Assembly: GCA_963665235.2 (NCBI GenBank)
Contig: CAXXLX010000001.1
Span: forward strand, 896,001 to 960,000
Source: Candidatus Poribacteria bacterium
GTDB taxonomy: Bacteria; Poribacteria; WGA-4E; WGA-3G
DNA length: 64,000 nucleotides
Direction: 5' to 3'
In this document: positions 21,277-31,631 of the stretch, piece after piece
Position numbering within the stretch: the first letter of the stretch is position 1
Layout of the letters: each line of letters starts with the position of its first letter
Notes under the pieces: generated by a model
Database searches by the model: none
What the model saw: the letters and a program-made list of their open reading frames with translations, nothing else
What the model was told of the DNA's origin: nothing
Program-made: the position numbers and the translations under genes

Positions 21277-22200
21277 CTAAACCAGCAATTTGAGGAGCAC
21301 AGCCTTCATGCTATGCAGGCGGTTTTCGGATTGCTGAAAGATAAGGGAGCGTGGGTCGTCGAGCAATTCGCCTGCAATTTCATACCCGCGATGTGCGGGC
21401 AGACAGTGCATAATCCGGCATGCATGTCCGTTGAGCAGCTCGGGATTCAGTTGATACGGCATCATCATTTTCAAGCGGCGTTCCCGTTCCGCTACAAAAT
21501 CGGGGTCGGTGAAGAACTCCATATCTACCCATGTATCTGTATAGACGACGTCGCTTTGGGCAATTGCGTTCTCCAGCGCGGACGCGCTATCAGTGGGCAC
21601 CTTTTTATAGGTCCCGTTGCGTTCCGCTTCAGCCCATAATTCTTCATCAACAGCAGCAGGGTTTACCTCCGGTGCGATGACGGTCACCTCAAGTCCGACC
21701 TTCATCCCGGCAGCAATCAGGGAGTTGCAGACGTTGTTGTGAACGCCGATAAAACAGAGCGTAATTCCTGCCAATTTACCGAAGTGTTCCTGTATCGTCA
21801 TCAGGTCGCCTATGGCTTGCGTTGGATGATACCTATCGCAACACCCGTTAATCATCGGCACCGTTGAGGCTGTTGCCGCATCGCGCATGTCCTTATGCTT
21901 CAGGAAACGAGCTAAGATAACATCGACGTAAGCCGCCAGCACGCGAATTTCGTCACCGAGGTCGGCTAAACCGAAGTTAGTAGTTCGCCAGTCTAGGTAG
22001 TAGGGGTGCCCGCCAAGCTGCGTGATACCGATTTCCCCTGCACATCGTGTGCGCGTAGAGGTCTTTTGGAAAAGCAGGGCGAGACTCTGTCCGCCTACAG
22101 CATGTCTATATTTTTCAGGATAGTTCTTTATTTTGAGACTGTTTTCAACTGTATCCAGAATATCCGTTTCTGACCAGTCTTTTAGTGTAATTAGGTGCAT
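21277..22200 (-). CDS. argF: Ornithine carbamoyltransferase
   Basis: FQKTSTRTR, HPTQ, YTDTWVDM, MHCLPAHRG, QSENRLH; GGAG RBS before ATG 22200. Confidence 0.88.
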   Translation of the reverse strand: MHLITLKDWSETDILDTVENSLKIKNYPEKYRHAVGGQSLALLFQKTSTRTRCAGEIGITQLGGHPYYLDWRTTNFGLADLGDEIRVLAAYVDVILARFLKHKDMRDAATASTVPMINGCCDRYHPTQAIGDLMTIQEHFGKLAGITLCFIGVHNNVCNSLIAAGMKVGLEVTVIAPEVNPAAVDEELWAEAERNGTYKKVPTDSASALENAIAQSDVVYTDTWVDMEFFTDPDFVAERERRLKMMMPYQLNPELLNGHACRIMHCLPAHRGYEIAGELLDDPRSLIFQQSENRLHSMKAVLLKLLV

Positions 22201-22273
22201 AATCATCTCCAGAGCAAGCGGATTTTTTTTGTGAGGGTACACGGCCACCGCCGGCATTGAATAGAAAACGATA

Positions 22274-22302
22274 ATTGTAACACATTTTCGAACGGATGTC
22301 AA
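22274..22302 (-). promoter_or_regulatory. sigma70-type promoter of argF-thrC
   Basis: TTGACA-17 bp-TACAAT on the minus strand. Confidence 0.65.
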
Positions 22303-22554
22303 TTTTTTTCTTATCCGAGCACAGGGCCATTTAGTCTTTTTACTACTTCTGCGGGGGAAACGGGCAGGAAAATAGACGTAACTCTTAGAACCAATTTCGG
22401 AATTAAAGATGGAAATGCTATAAACATACTGCCCTTAAGGAGCGGGGGGAATGCGTAAGTCCTATTTAGACGATGAACAGTATTTCCGGTAAATTCCAAT
22501 CTTTATAAAATCCTGCCTAAAAATGAACGCGCTGACTTTCAAAGAAAAAAATCC

Positions 22555-22583
22555 TTGACATGAAACCTAAATTATATTATAAT
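22555..22583 (+). promoter_or_regulatory. Consensus sigma70 promoter of dapF-dapA
   Basis: TTGACA-17 bp-TATAAT. Confidence 0.75.
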
Positions 22584-22616
22584 GAATGTAAGAAAACTAC
22601 ACTATGGAATATAAAA

Positions 22617-23485
22617 ATGAATAAAATACCCTTTATGAAACTCAGTGGGGCAGGCAACGACTTCGTCATCATCAATAATTTGAACCGAAACGTTGATAGC
22701 ACCGATAAAGATTTTGTGAACTTCGTGACAAAAGTATGCCAACGCCGCATGTCGGTCGGTGCCGACGGTATTCTACTGGTTGAGCCCGCAGCGGATGTGG
22801 ATTTTCGGATGCGCTATTTCAATGCCGATGGCGGCGAGGTGGAAACCTGCGGTAACGGTGCACGGTGCATCTCTAAATTCGCTTACCTGAATGGCCTCGT
22901 CACGGAACAGATGCGATTTCTAACTAACGCTGGTGTCTATGAATCCGAGATAGTCGGTGAGAACGTAAAGTACGCATGAGCGACCCAACGGACATTCGGA
23001 TTAATGTGCCGTTAAAGTACGCATGAGCGACCCAACGACATTCGGATTAATTAGCTTAGGACGGTGTGCATACCGTCGGTTTCGCAAATAGTGGCGTGCC
23101 GCACGTCGTTTTCTTTGTAGACGACCTGGAAGCAACAGATGTCTTTGACCTGGGGCAGCAGACCCGTTATCACAATGACTTCAAACCTGTAGGTACCAAC
23201 GCCAATTTCATCAGCATCCATTCAGCGGAACTACTCGATATTCGGACGTACGAACGCGGTGTTGAAGATGAGACACTCGCCTGCGGCACCGGTTCCATTG
23301 CTTCGGCTATTGTATCCGCAACGTTAGGGAAGGTTACATCACCTGTCTCTGTTAGAACCGCAAGCGGTGTTGTCCTGAAAATCCATTTTGAGTTGGAGAA
23401 CAACGCAGCGAAAAACGTTTATCTAGAAGGCGATGCCCGTGTTATCTACGCAGGCGAACTTACTGCAGAAGCATGGGATTACTAG
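22617..23485 (+). pseudogene. dapF: Diaminopimelate epimerase, split by a frameshift and ~40-bp duplication (likely assembly artefact)
   Basis: KLSGAGNDF, GADG, NADG..ETCGNGARC, GVPHVV, RTYERGVEDETLACGTG; aaagtacgcatgagcgacccaacg duplicated at ~22967 and ~23014. Confidence 0.85.
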
Positions 23486-23536
23486 AAGTAGCAGGCACAC
23501 GCCGTTGTGCCGTAGCCATCAAGGAGGATTTACTAC

Positions 23537-24412
23537 ATGTTTCAAGGCTCTTATGTTGCACTTGTCACACCCTTTAAGGACGATGAATCGCTTGACGAAG
23601 CGAAACTTAAAGAACTAATTCATTTTCAGCTTGAAGGCGGCACACACGGCATTGTTCCGTGTGGAACGACAGGCGAATCACCTGCCCTTTCAGAGGTTGA
23701 ACACGACCGCGTCATAGAAATTACCGTTGAAACGGTAGATGGACAGGTGCCTGTAATTGCTGGCACGGGTTCCAATTCGACAACCCGTACGCTTCGCGCA
23801 ACGCAACACGCCAAAGCGGCAGGGGCAGACGCTGCATTGATTGTCACCCCCTATTACAACAAACCTACGCAGGAGGGGCTCTACGCGCATTACATGAAAA
23901 TCGCCGATACGGTTGACATTCCAATCGTTGTTTATAACGTTCCGGGGCGTTGCGGCACTGATATCCTCTCGCCAACTATTGCGCGCCTCGCCGAACATCC
24001 GAACATCGTCGCGCTCAAGGAGGCGACAGGCGAACTCAAACGCGCAAGTGAAGTTGTTAATCTATGTCCCGATGACTTCGTTGTGCTGTCCGGTGATGAT
24101 GTCAACACGTTACCTATTCTTGCTGTCGGTGGAAAAGGGGTTATCTCGGTTGTCGCTAACGTTGCACCTTCCGATGTTGCGGAAATGTGTAACGCTTTTC
24201 ACGGCGGAAATCTGGAACTTGCCAGAAAACTCCACTATAAAACGTTGCCGTTGGCAATTAACCTATTTATTGAAACGAACCCTATCCCGGCGAAATCAGC
24301 ACTGATGTTGATGGGCAGACTTAACGGAAAATTGCGGCTCCCGCTTGCACCGATATCCCCTGCGAACCTTGAAGTCTTGCGTGGGACGCTCACAGAAACA
24401 GGATTGATTTAG
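23537..24412 (+). CDS. dapA: 4-hydroxy-tetrahydrodipicolinate synthase
   Basis: ALVTPF, GTTGES, PYYNKP, YNVPGR, LKEA, SGDD, ETNPIPAK. Confidence 0.95.
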   Translation: MFQGSYVALVTPFKDDESLDEAKLKELIHFQLEGGTHGIVPCGTTGESPALSEVEHDRVIEITVETVDGQVPVIAGTGSNSTTRTLRATQHAKAAGADAALIVTPYYNKPTQEGLYAHYMKIADTVDIPIVVYNVPGRCGTDILSPTIARLAEHPNIVALKEATGELKRASEVVNLCPDDFVVLSGDDVNTLPILAVGGKGVISVVANVAPSDVAEMCNAFHGGNLELARKLHYKTLPLAINLFIETNPIPAKSALMLMGRLNGKLRLPLAPISPANLEVLRGTLTETGLI

Positions 24413-24421
24413 CACCCAGAA

Positions 24422-24453
24422 AAGAGGTACCCGAGCGAATTCGGGGACCTCTT
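24422..24453. terminator. Hairpin between the convergent dapA and patatin genes
   Basis: aagaggtacccga...tcggggacctctt inverted repeat. Confidence 0.5.
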
Positions 24454-25369
24454 ATCCTGCATAACGTGTAAAATGCTTAAGTGCTTCAGTCCGTTCAGCA
24501 AAATCGCGCGATGCCAGGGCCTTCAGGTTTTCCAACTGCCGGGTGGAGTCTAGTTCCCAAAAGTCTATGGTAGGGTTAATCCGCAGATAGTTCTCTTTCA
24601 GCAGGAGTGCCGCTATATTTGCGGCGGTCTGAGATTGTAACGTCATTACGTAAGAAATTAGCTTTGCCCCGCCCCATCCTGTGAGAAAACCCCAGCTCCG
24701 CCTATTGCGATACATGTTCGTCGAATGTCCCGTGCCGATAGATAAAATTCGGAGCTGTGTTTCCGTTTTCCCGAACTTTGTGTGTGCCTCCGTAAAAGCA
24801 GCAATAGATGGGTTATTTGCCCATAATCCGCCATCTGCCAACAATAGGGTAGTGCCAACAGGTTTTGTCGCGAAAAATGTAGGCGCAGCACAGGAGGCTA
24901 AGATAGCGTCATGCAAATTCACGTCTCTATCTGAAGCGGGTGGGCCTCCGACTTTTTCTATATAACCTGAGCGGAAAATGTGCGATTCACTCGTCGTTAT
25001 CTCCGAACTTGTTATCATCAAGGGGGTTGCGATTTCGGATAGCGGTGTTGCCGGTATATGTTTCGCTATAATCTGTGCAAGTTTTTTGTTTGAATACTTG
25101 CTGAAAAACAACGGATTGCGGTACCACCTTTTCTGAAATATGTTGGGAGCCTCAATTTCAAAGAGTTCCACTATTTCTGTCATAGGGATGTCGGAAACAG
25201 CTGCCCCTGCTACAATTGAGCCCGTGCTGGTGCCAGCAATGAGCTCAAAGCAGTCTTTGATACGGGTCCCAAACGTCTGTTCTATCTGGGCAAGGAGTTG
25301 AGCGGTGTAGATGCCGCGGGTGCCGCCGCCATCTAGGGCGAGGATGCGGAAGATGTCGGTGTTTTGCAT
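24452..25369 (-). CDS. Patatin-like phospholipase
   Basis: LALDGGGTRG, GTSTG nucleophile, SCAAPTFF, DGGLWANNP, LSIGTG. Confidence 0.9.
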   Translation of the reverse strand: MQNTDIFRILALDGGGTRGIYTAQLLAQIEQTFGTRIKDCFELIAGTSTGSIVAGAAVSDIPMTEIVELFEIEAPNIFQKRWYRNPLFFSKYSNKKLAQIIAKHIPATPLSEIATPLMITSSEITTSESHIFRSGYIEKVGGPPASDRDVNLHDAILASCAAPTFFATKPVGTTLLLADGGLWANNPSIAAFTEAHTKFGKTETQLRILSIGTGHSTNMYRNRRSWGFLTGWGGAKLISYVMTLQSQTAANIAALLLKENYLRINPTIDFWELDSTRQLENLKALASRDFAERTEALKHFTRYAG

Positions 25370-25386
25370 TGGGTGCCTCTCTGAGG

Positions 25387-26382
25387 TTATGCGTCATCCT
25401 CGTCTTCGGGCAGTTCCCAGTCGGCGGGATCGAGCACTTTGATACGCGGTCGGAAGACTTTATCAAACAACTCCAGCTTTGATGCAAACCATTCGTGCTG
25501 ATTGGGCCAATCAGTTTCATCTGCGGGGTCGGTGTCCTCCTTATATAAGGAAATCCTGCTCCTTTTATACTCGGGTAATTCGTTCCATTCAAGTGGTTCA
25601 CCAAATTCCTTATGAAACGCCTCTTGTTGTTCTTTTAGCAAGTAGAAGTGTGCTGTGGCATCCGGTCCCCACATTTGGAGGCGAATACTGATATTTCTTT
25701 TTTGAATACCCAGCCAGGCTACTATATTAAATTTACCTTTCCCAACACTAAAAGGCATCCAACTTCGAGGCCTTGGGCTGTGTGGCGAAAGTGAACTCTC
25801 ATGGACGCGCAAATGTTCAACGAATTCCATCCAGAATTTCTCCTGCTGTAGTTTTGTTTCAGAGAGGTCTTTGCTCACTGCACGTTCCGTAACATGACTC
25901 ACTGTCCGGTTCCAATTATTTGGTTTGGAGACGATCTCAAATTGCGGGGCGCGGTCAGAATCCCCAATTTGCCATACCTTAACCTCTATCCCAAAGTACT
26001 GAAAACGTTCATCTGTCATCTCATTTTGTCGGTCAAGTGCAGCCCGGTGCTCATCCCGGAATTCTTTGGCAATCCAGATAACCGTGTGGACATCCAAGCC
26101 TGCTGCATAAGTTAGGATTTGCCCAAGATGCTTGTGGTCTGTCTCCTCCAATTGATTTTCAATGAGCACGCGAGTGTCATTTTCTGAATTCCTGCATAAA
26201 ATGTCGGCCTGGAAGTCCCCAACTTTTGTCTCTTTTGCTTCAAGTTCAAGTTCTATGCCTAGCGTCTCGGCGAGAAGGGTTAGGTTTTCTTCCTCTGCCA
26301 ACCAAGGTGTGAAGTCTGCGGCTTCGTTGGGCCAAATATCGCGTAGTTCAATGGGTTTAAGACGGGAAAGTTCCTCCTGCAT
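25387..26382 (-). CDS. DUF4268-domain protein with N-terminal PD-(D/E)xK (NucS-like) region
   Basis: EA.DFTPWLAE, ADILC, IENQLE.TDH.HLGQILTYAAG; C-terminal FW..F...LEW. Confidence 0.78.
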   Translation of the reverse strand: MQEELSRLKPIELRDIWPNEAADFTPWLAEEENLTLLAETLGIELELEAKETKVGDFQADILCRNSENDTRVLIENQLEETDHKHLGQILTYAAGLDVHTVIWIAKEFRDEHRAALDRQNEMTDERFQYFGIEVKVWQIGDSDRAPQFEIVSKPNNWNRTVSHVTERAVSKDLSETKLQQEKFWMEFVEHLRVHESSLSPHSPRPRSWMPFSVGKGKFNIVAWLGIQKRNISIRLQMWGPDATAHFYLLKEQQEAFHKEFGEPLEWNELPEYKRSRISLYKEDTDPADETDWPNQHEWFASKLELFDKVFRPRIKVLDPADWELPEDEDDA

Positions 26383-26404
26383 TAGGTGTTATCTCCTATT
26401 ATTT

Positions 26405-26470
26405 GTTAGTTGTTCGCATTTGTCGCAATAGTGAATTCTGGGGCGTAAGGCGAATCTGCAATTTGGATGT
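26405..26470 (-). pseudogene. 3' remnant of a second copy of the 27439-27900 gene
   Basis: ttagttgttcgcatttgtc...tagtgaattctggggcgtaaggcgaatc is near-identical to 27439-27500. Confidence 0.7.
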
Positions 26471-26502
26471 CGCGTAAGGGAACGCTGCGAGAGCCATGGA
26501 AT

Positions 26503-27411
26503 TCATTCATCAGCGCGTTCCTCCCACTCTAATTCGTTGAGTGCTTGAACTTCCACTGCTACTTGTTCTTCAAGCTTCTTATTCCCCGCTGCGCGTGCAA
26601 GTTTGAGGGCTATCTCAAAATCCTCACGGGCTTTCTTGTTTCGGTTGAGGCGCTGTTCCAATTTGCCTCGTTCGACATAAGCCTCTCCGTTCTCTGGCAT
26701 GAGTCGAATTGTCTCGCTAAAGTCCGCAATCGCCGCTTCGTACTGACGGAGTGAGCTTTTTGACATTGCCCGGTTCCAGTAGGGAATGCCGCTTTTCGGA
26801 TAGAGCCGAATGGTTTCGTCAAAGTCTTCAACGGCACTTTCATGTTTTCTAAGCATCATTTTCGCAAGTCCTCTGTTATGATAACCTTCCGCAAGTTCCG
26901 GGTTTAGACGGAGTGCCTCATCATGATCTATGAGTGCCTCCTCATTTTTGCCAAGTTTCGTCTGGGCAAGCCCCCGGTTCGTATATGCCTCAGCATCCGA
27001 TGGATTGAGACGGATTGCCTCATCAAAGTCCGCAATTGCTGCTGTGTGCTGATTCAGTGCGTCTTTGATTTTCCCGCGCTGTGTATAGGCTTCCGCATAA
27101 ACAGGATTCAGCTGTATCGCTGTGTCGTAAGCCGCTAGTGCCTTCTTTTTCTTGTCTTGTTCCCGTAGGAGCATGCCGATAGAGAACCACGCGTGCGCAG
27201 CGACTTCGGTATCAATCGCCTCGACGATATTTGCAAGCGAACGCCATTTTTCAAGGGCTGCTTCGGTTTTTCCCTCTTTTTGCAAAAGGCGCGCATCCGC
27301 AATTGCCGTATCTATTACGAAAGCCGTCGGCAGTGTTTGATAGGTTTGCGTCGTCTCCTCAACTTGCTGTGTGCCTTGTTCGGGGTTCGGTTTGATAAGT
27401 TCTTCACTCAC
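26503..27411 (-). CDS. TPR-repeat protein (paralog of 27900-28799)
   Basis: Repeated AY.NRG.A...AI.D.DEAIRL.P units. Confidence 0.88.
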   Translation of the reverse strand: MSEELIKPNPEQGTQQVEETTQTYQTLPTAFVIDTAIADARLLQKEGKTEAALEKWRSLANIVEAIDTEVAAHAWFSIGMLLREQDKKKKALAAYDTAIQLNPVYAEAYTQRGKIKDALNQHTAAIADFDEAIRLNPSDAEAYTNRGLAQTKLGKNEEALIDHDEALRLNPELAEGYHNRGLAKMMLRKHESAVEDFDETIRLYPKSGIPYWNRAMSKSSLRQYEAAIADFSETIRLMPENGEAYVERGKLEQRLNRNKKAREDFEIALKLARAAGNKKLEEQVAVEVQALNELEWEERADE

Positions 27412-27438
27412 GGTTTATACCTCCTTTTATTTGTTTGT

Positions 27439-27900
27439 TTAGTTGTTCGCATTTGTCACGATAGTGAATTCTGGGGCGTAAGGCGAATCGGCAATTTGAA
27501 TAACCCTAATCTCTAGCCCGAAAAACTGAAGGGCAGCCGGTGTATTTTTGTTCAGCCAATTGAGGGTTTCACGGTGTTCAGACCGCAGCTCCGTTGCAAT
27601 CCAGATGATGGTAGCAGCATCTAGGCCTGCGGCATAAGTCAGAACTTTGCCGAGATGCAGATGGTTTGACTTTTCAAGTTGATTTTCGATAACGACGCGT
27701 GAGCCGTCTCTCTTGTTCTGACATACGATGTCGGCTCGGAAAGCCCCGACGCGTTTCTCTATTGCTTCAAGTTCTAGCGTCATGTTCAGCGGTTTTTCAA
27801 GAAAGACTAAATTTTCTGCTAACCAGGGCGTAAAATCCCGTGCTTCATGCGGCCAGATAGTGCGCAGCTCAATGTTTCTACGGAAGGTGAATTCCTGCAT
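27439..27900 (-). CDS. Short paralog of the DUF4268 protein N-terminal nuclease-like domain
   Basis: EARDFTPWLAE, ADIVC, IENQLEKSNHLHLGKVLTYAAG. Confidence 0.72.
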   Translation of the reverse strand: MQEFTFRRNIELRTIWPHEARDFTPWLAENLVFLEKPLNMTLELEAIEKRVGAFRADIVCQNKRDGSRVVIENQLEKSNHLHLGKVLTYAAGLDAATIIWIATELRSEHRETLNWLNKNTPAALQFFGLEIRVIQIADSPYAPEFTIVTNANN

Positions 27901-28799
27901 TAGTTGTTGTCGTCCTCCGATTTGTCAAGTGATCGAAGCCAACCTTCAACATAAGCTTGTTGCTGCTCATCGCCGGCTGCGCGTGCAAGTTTCAGAGAGA
28001 TTTCTAAATCCGTTCTTGCTTCTGCATCCTGTCCTCGGCGGCTTTTATACAGGGCTCGCTGGGCATAGGGATGCGCGAATTCCGGATCTCTTCGTATTGC
28101 TTCTTCACAGTCAGCAAGTGCTGACTCATATTGAAGCAGCCTGTCCTTTGACCCTGCCCGGTTCCAGTAAGGAATAGCACTTTCCGGATAGAGCCGAATG
28201 GTTTCGTCAAAGTCTTCAACGGCACTTTCATGTTTTCCAAGCATCATCTTGGCAAGTCCTCTGTTATGATAGCCTTCCACAAGTTCTGGGTTTAGACGGA
28301 GTGCCTCGTCGTGATCTATGAGTGCCTCCTCATTTTTGCCAAGTTTCGTCTGTGCAAGCCCCCGGTTCGTGTATGCCTCAGCATCCGATGGATTGAGTCG
28401 GATTGCCTCATCAAAGTCCGCAATCGCTGCTGTGTGTTGATTTAGGGCATCTTTGATTTTCCCGCGCTGTGTATAGGCATCCGCATAAACAGGATTTAGC
28501 TGTATCGCTGTGTCGTAAGCCGCTAGTGCCTTCTTTTTCTTGTCTTGCTCCTGCAAGAGCGTGCCGATAGAGAACCACGCGTGCGCAGCGACTTCGGTAT
28601 CAATCGCCTCGACGATGTTTGCGAGCGAACGCCATTTTTCAAGGGCTGCTTCGGTTTTTCCCTCTTTTTCCAAAAGACGCGCATCCGCAATTGCGGTATC
28701 TATTACGAAAGCCGTTGGCAGTGTTTGATAGGTTCGCGTCGTCTCCTCAACTTTCTGTGTGCCTTGTTCGGTGTTCGGTTTCATAAGTTTTTTACTCAA
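27900..28799 (-). CDS. TPR-repeat protein
   Basis: TPR units; first ~205 aa nearly identical to 26503-27411. Confidence 0.88.
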   Translation of the reverse strand: MSKKLMKPNTEQGTQKVEETTRTYQTLPTAFVIDTAIADARLLEKEGKTEAALEKWRSLANIVEAIDTEVAAHAWFSIGTLLQEQDKKKKALAAYDTAIQLNPVYADAYTQRGKIKDALNQHTAAIADFDEAIRLNPSDAEAYTNRGLAQTKLGKNEEALIDHDEALRLNPELVEGYHNRGLAKMMLGKHESAVEDFDETIRLYPESAIPYWNRAGSKDRLLQYESALADCEEAIRRDPEFAHPYAQRALYKSRRGQDAEARTDLEISLKLARAAGDEQQQAYVEGWLRSLDKSEDDNN

Positions 28800-28870
28800 G
28801 GTTTACACCTCCATCTTTGTATTTTTAACAATATACCACATTTTTTTCTGAAAATCAATGGAATTTTAGC

Positions 28871-28900
28871 TTGACATAGCCTAGCAATTTTTGCTAAAAT
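28871..28900 (+). promoter_or_regulatory. sigma70-type promoter of the sodA operon
   Basis: TTGACA-18 bp-TAAAAT. Confidence 0.55.
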
Positions 28901-28931
28901 AGTTTTCAAAATAGGATGATAAGGAGAAGTC

Positions 28932-29657
28932 ATGAACCGTAGAAACTTTTTAATTCAGGGAAGCACTGCCGCAGCAGGTCTGTTCCTTGTGAACACGCCG
29001 CTGCGCGTCTATGCAGCCCAACATGAACACGATGACCATGCCCACGGCTATGCACTGCCGAAGTTGCCTTATGCACACGATGCCCTTGAACCGCATATTG
29101 ACAAGCGCACGATGGAGATCCATCACGGCAAACACCATCAAGGGTATGTCAATAAACTCAATGCGGCACTTGAAGGTGAAAACGATTTGGCACACATGCC
29201 GATCGAGAAGCTCCTTCAGAATATCGAAAAGGTGCCGATGAAAATCCGCCAAGCGGTTATCAACAGCGGCGGTGGACATGCGAATCACACACTCTTTTGG
29301 AACACTATGATTCCCGGCGGTAGAGAGCCATCAGGGAAGGTTGCGGAAGCCATTCAATCCACGTTCGGCTCGCTTGACGCGGGCAGTGAAATGTTCGTCA
29401 AAACGGCGAAAACGCATTTCGGGTCAGGCTGGGCATGGCTTGTCGTTGACGAAAAGAAGAAGCTACAGATTTACGCCACAGCAAATCAGGATAGTCCGTT
29501 GATGAAGGGACATACGCCTATTCTCGGACTTGATGTTTGGGAACATGCCTATTACCTGAAATATCAGAACCGACGCGCCGATTACATTGAGGCATGGGGT
29601 GAAGTTGTCAATTGGAAACAGGTTAACCTCAATTACCTATCAGCGATGAAAGCATAG
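28932..29657 (+). CDS. sodA: Tat-exported Mn/Fe superoxide dismutase (Mn-type signature)
   Basis: NRRNFL Tat motif; [32 protein letters not shown]. Confidence 0.92.
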   Translation: MNRRNFLIQGSTAAAGLFLVNTPLRVYAAQHEHDDHAHGYALPKLPYAHDALEPHIDKRTMEIHHGKHHQGYVNKLNAALEGENDLAHMPIEKLLQNIEKVPMKIRQAVINSGGGHANHTLFWNTMIPGGREPSGKVAEAIQSTFGSLDAGSEMFVKTAKTHFGSGWAWLVVDEKKKLQIYATANQDSPLMKGHTPILGLDVWEHAYYLKYQNRRADYIEAWGEVVNWKQVNLNYLSAMKA

Positions 29658-29667
29658 AGGGATTAAC

Positions 29668-30798
29668 ATGAAACGTAGAGATTTTTTGCGGCATAGCGGT
29701 ATTACTCTCACCGGTCTGTTGCTCAGTCCTTGGGCGGTTTACGCCTTCCCGGACCGCAAGGGGGAAGTGCTTATTCCATTTACCGAGCAGCCGCCCCCCT
29801 CAAATCGAGTTCTGCTGGATTGGAGCGAATTTGATTCATTTATCACCCCGAACGATAAATTTTTCAACGTCTCACACTACAACAAACCTAAAATTGACCT
29901 CACCACGTGGAAGTTAGAGGTCAGCGGTTTGGTTGAAAACCCCCTGATGTTCACAATTGAGGATATCAAAGCGCGTCCCAAGCGAGATGTCACCTTTACG
30001 TTGGAATGCTCCGGTAATCACGGAGCAGCAGCTTTCACCGGTGCAATTGGTAACGCAAAATGGGGGGGCACACCTCTCGCTCCGATTCTCAAGGAGGCGG
30101 GTATCCAAAAGGACGGTATTGAGGTTATTTTCTTCGGACATGATACCGGTGAAGAGAAGCGGCGCGGTGTCACGATGCGTCAGAACTTTGCCCGAAGTAT
30201 GTCTGTTGAAGATGCACTTGCGGATACTAACCTCCTCTGTTATGAGATGAACGGTGAACCGTTACCACATGGGAACGGTGCGCCGCTACGCTTAATTGCC
30301 CCCGGTTGGTACGGCATCGCCTGTGTCAAGTGGCTCAAACGTATTGAGGTACGCGATACCCGATTTATGGGAAGATTCATGGCGCGGGATTATGTCACAA
30401 TGCGTCAGGAGAAACGCCCGGATGGTGAATCGGTTTGGATGGAAACCTCGGTCGGTAGAACACAGTTGAAATCGTTAGCGGCGAAGGTAACGCGCCTCGA
30501 CGATAAATACCGTATCTACGGAGCTGCCTGGGGTGCCCCTATCCAGAGGGTTGAGGTCAGCATTGATAGTGGCCCTTGGCAAAAGGCGACGATAGACCCC
30601 GAAGAGGATGCCGAATTTGCTTGGAAAATCTGGCATCTCAATTGGGACAACCCACCGAAAGGTGAACACACCATCGTCTCCAGAGCCGTAGATACAGCCG
30701 GAAATATACAACCCGCTGCTGATTCCGACTACATAACAGGGAAACACACCTATTGGGAAAGCAACGGCCAAATTGTGCGTAAAATTCACATTGAATAG
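29668..30798 (+). CDS. Tat-exported sulfite oxidase-family molybdopterin oxidoreductase
   Basis: KRRDFL; LECSGN, GNAKWGG, MNGEPLP.NGAPLRLIAPGWYG..VKWL. Confidence 0.88.
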   Translation: MKRRDFLRHSGITLTGLLLSPWAVYAFPDRKGEVLIPFTEQPPPSNRVLLDWSEFDSFITPNDKFFNVSHYNKPKIDLTTWKLEVSGLVENPLMFTIEDIKARPKRDVTFTLECSGNHGAAAFTGAIGNAKWGGTPLAPILKEAGIQKDGIEVIFFGHDTGEEKRRGVTMRQNFARSMSVEDALADTNLLCYEMNGEPLPHGNGAPLRLIAPGWYGIACVKWLKRIEVRDTRFMGRFMARDYVTMRQEKRPDGESVWMETSVGRTQLKSLAAKVTRLDDKYRIYGAAWGAPIQRVEVSIDSGPWQKATIDPEEDAEFAWKIWHLNWDNPPKGEHTIVSRAVDTAGNIQPAADSDYITGKHTYWESNGQIVRKIHIE

Positions 30799-30809
30799 GA
30801 GCCTCGATT

Positions 30810-31580
30810 TTGATAAATATAACCGATAAACAGAAACAGCAGTACCAAGAGGAAGGCTATTTCATTTTGGAGAACGTTATTCCGGAATCGCTTTTGGAAC
30901 TGCTTCGCAGCGAATGCGGCACATTTATCAGTCAGATGGATGAGCGGATGGAACGGGAAAACACGGATGTACTCGGTCTTAACCATCGGAACAAACGTTA
31001 TTTTGTTTCAAACTGCTTTAGGCAGCAACCAAAACTTCGCGAATTTCTGTTCAGTGAGCTGATGGCGGAGGTCTGTCGTGCTACCTTAGGCGATACCGCT
31101 TATCTTTTCTGGGAACAGTATGTTGTCAAAGGTGCAGAGGCAGGCATGAAGTTCAGTTGGCATCAAGATTCGGGCTACGTCGGTTATCCTGACCACAAAC
31201 CTTATCTTACCTGCTGGTGTGCCCTAGACGATATGTCGGAGGAGAACGGTACAGTATACGTTATGCCGTTTTCACAGATCGGTATCCGCTCGTGGGTGAA
31301 GCATATCCGGGAGGAGGGCAGCAACGATTTAGTGGGTTATTTCGGTCCGGAGAAGGGGGTGCCAGCGATTGTGCCTGCGGGGAGCATTGTGGCATTTACA
31401 AGTATTAATTTTCACAGTAGTGGAACAAATACTACCGATTCAATGCGGCGTGCTTACCTTGCACAGTATTCAGCGGAGCCGCTGCTTTCGCATGATGGAA
31501 GTCGGTTGTGGGGCAGTGCGGAGCCGTTGTTGCGAGATGGAAAGTCTGCTGTGGGTGAGCCCCCACCGAAGATTTCGTAG
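30810..31580 (+). CDS. Phytanoyl-CoA dioxygenase (PhyH) family protein
   Basis: Y.EEGYF, WHQD, W.ALDD..EENG, H.SG.N. Confidence 0.88.
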   Translation: MINITDKQKQQYQEEGYFILENVIPESLLELLRSECGTFISQMDERMERENTDVLGLNHRNKRYFVSNCFRQQPKLREFLFSELMAEVCRATLGDTAYLFWEQYVVKGAEAGMKFSWHQDSGYVGYPDHKPYLTCWCALDDMSEENGTVYVMPFSQIGIRSWVKHIREEGSNDLVGYFGPEKGVPAIVPAGSIVAFTSINFHSSGTNTTDSMRRAYLAQYSAEPLLSHDGSRLWGSAEPLLRDGKSAVGEPPPKIS

Positions 31581-31631
31581 CGGCTTGATTAAGGTAAGAA
31601 CGTGCGGTGGAGCAATCTGCCGTACGCATTT

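Noticed and set aside
24452-25369. CBASS system
   Set aside because: No cGAS/DncV-like nucleotidyltransferase or Cap2/Cap3 genes are in the vicinity.
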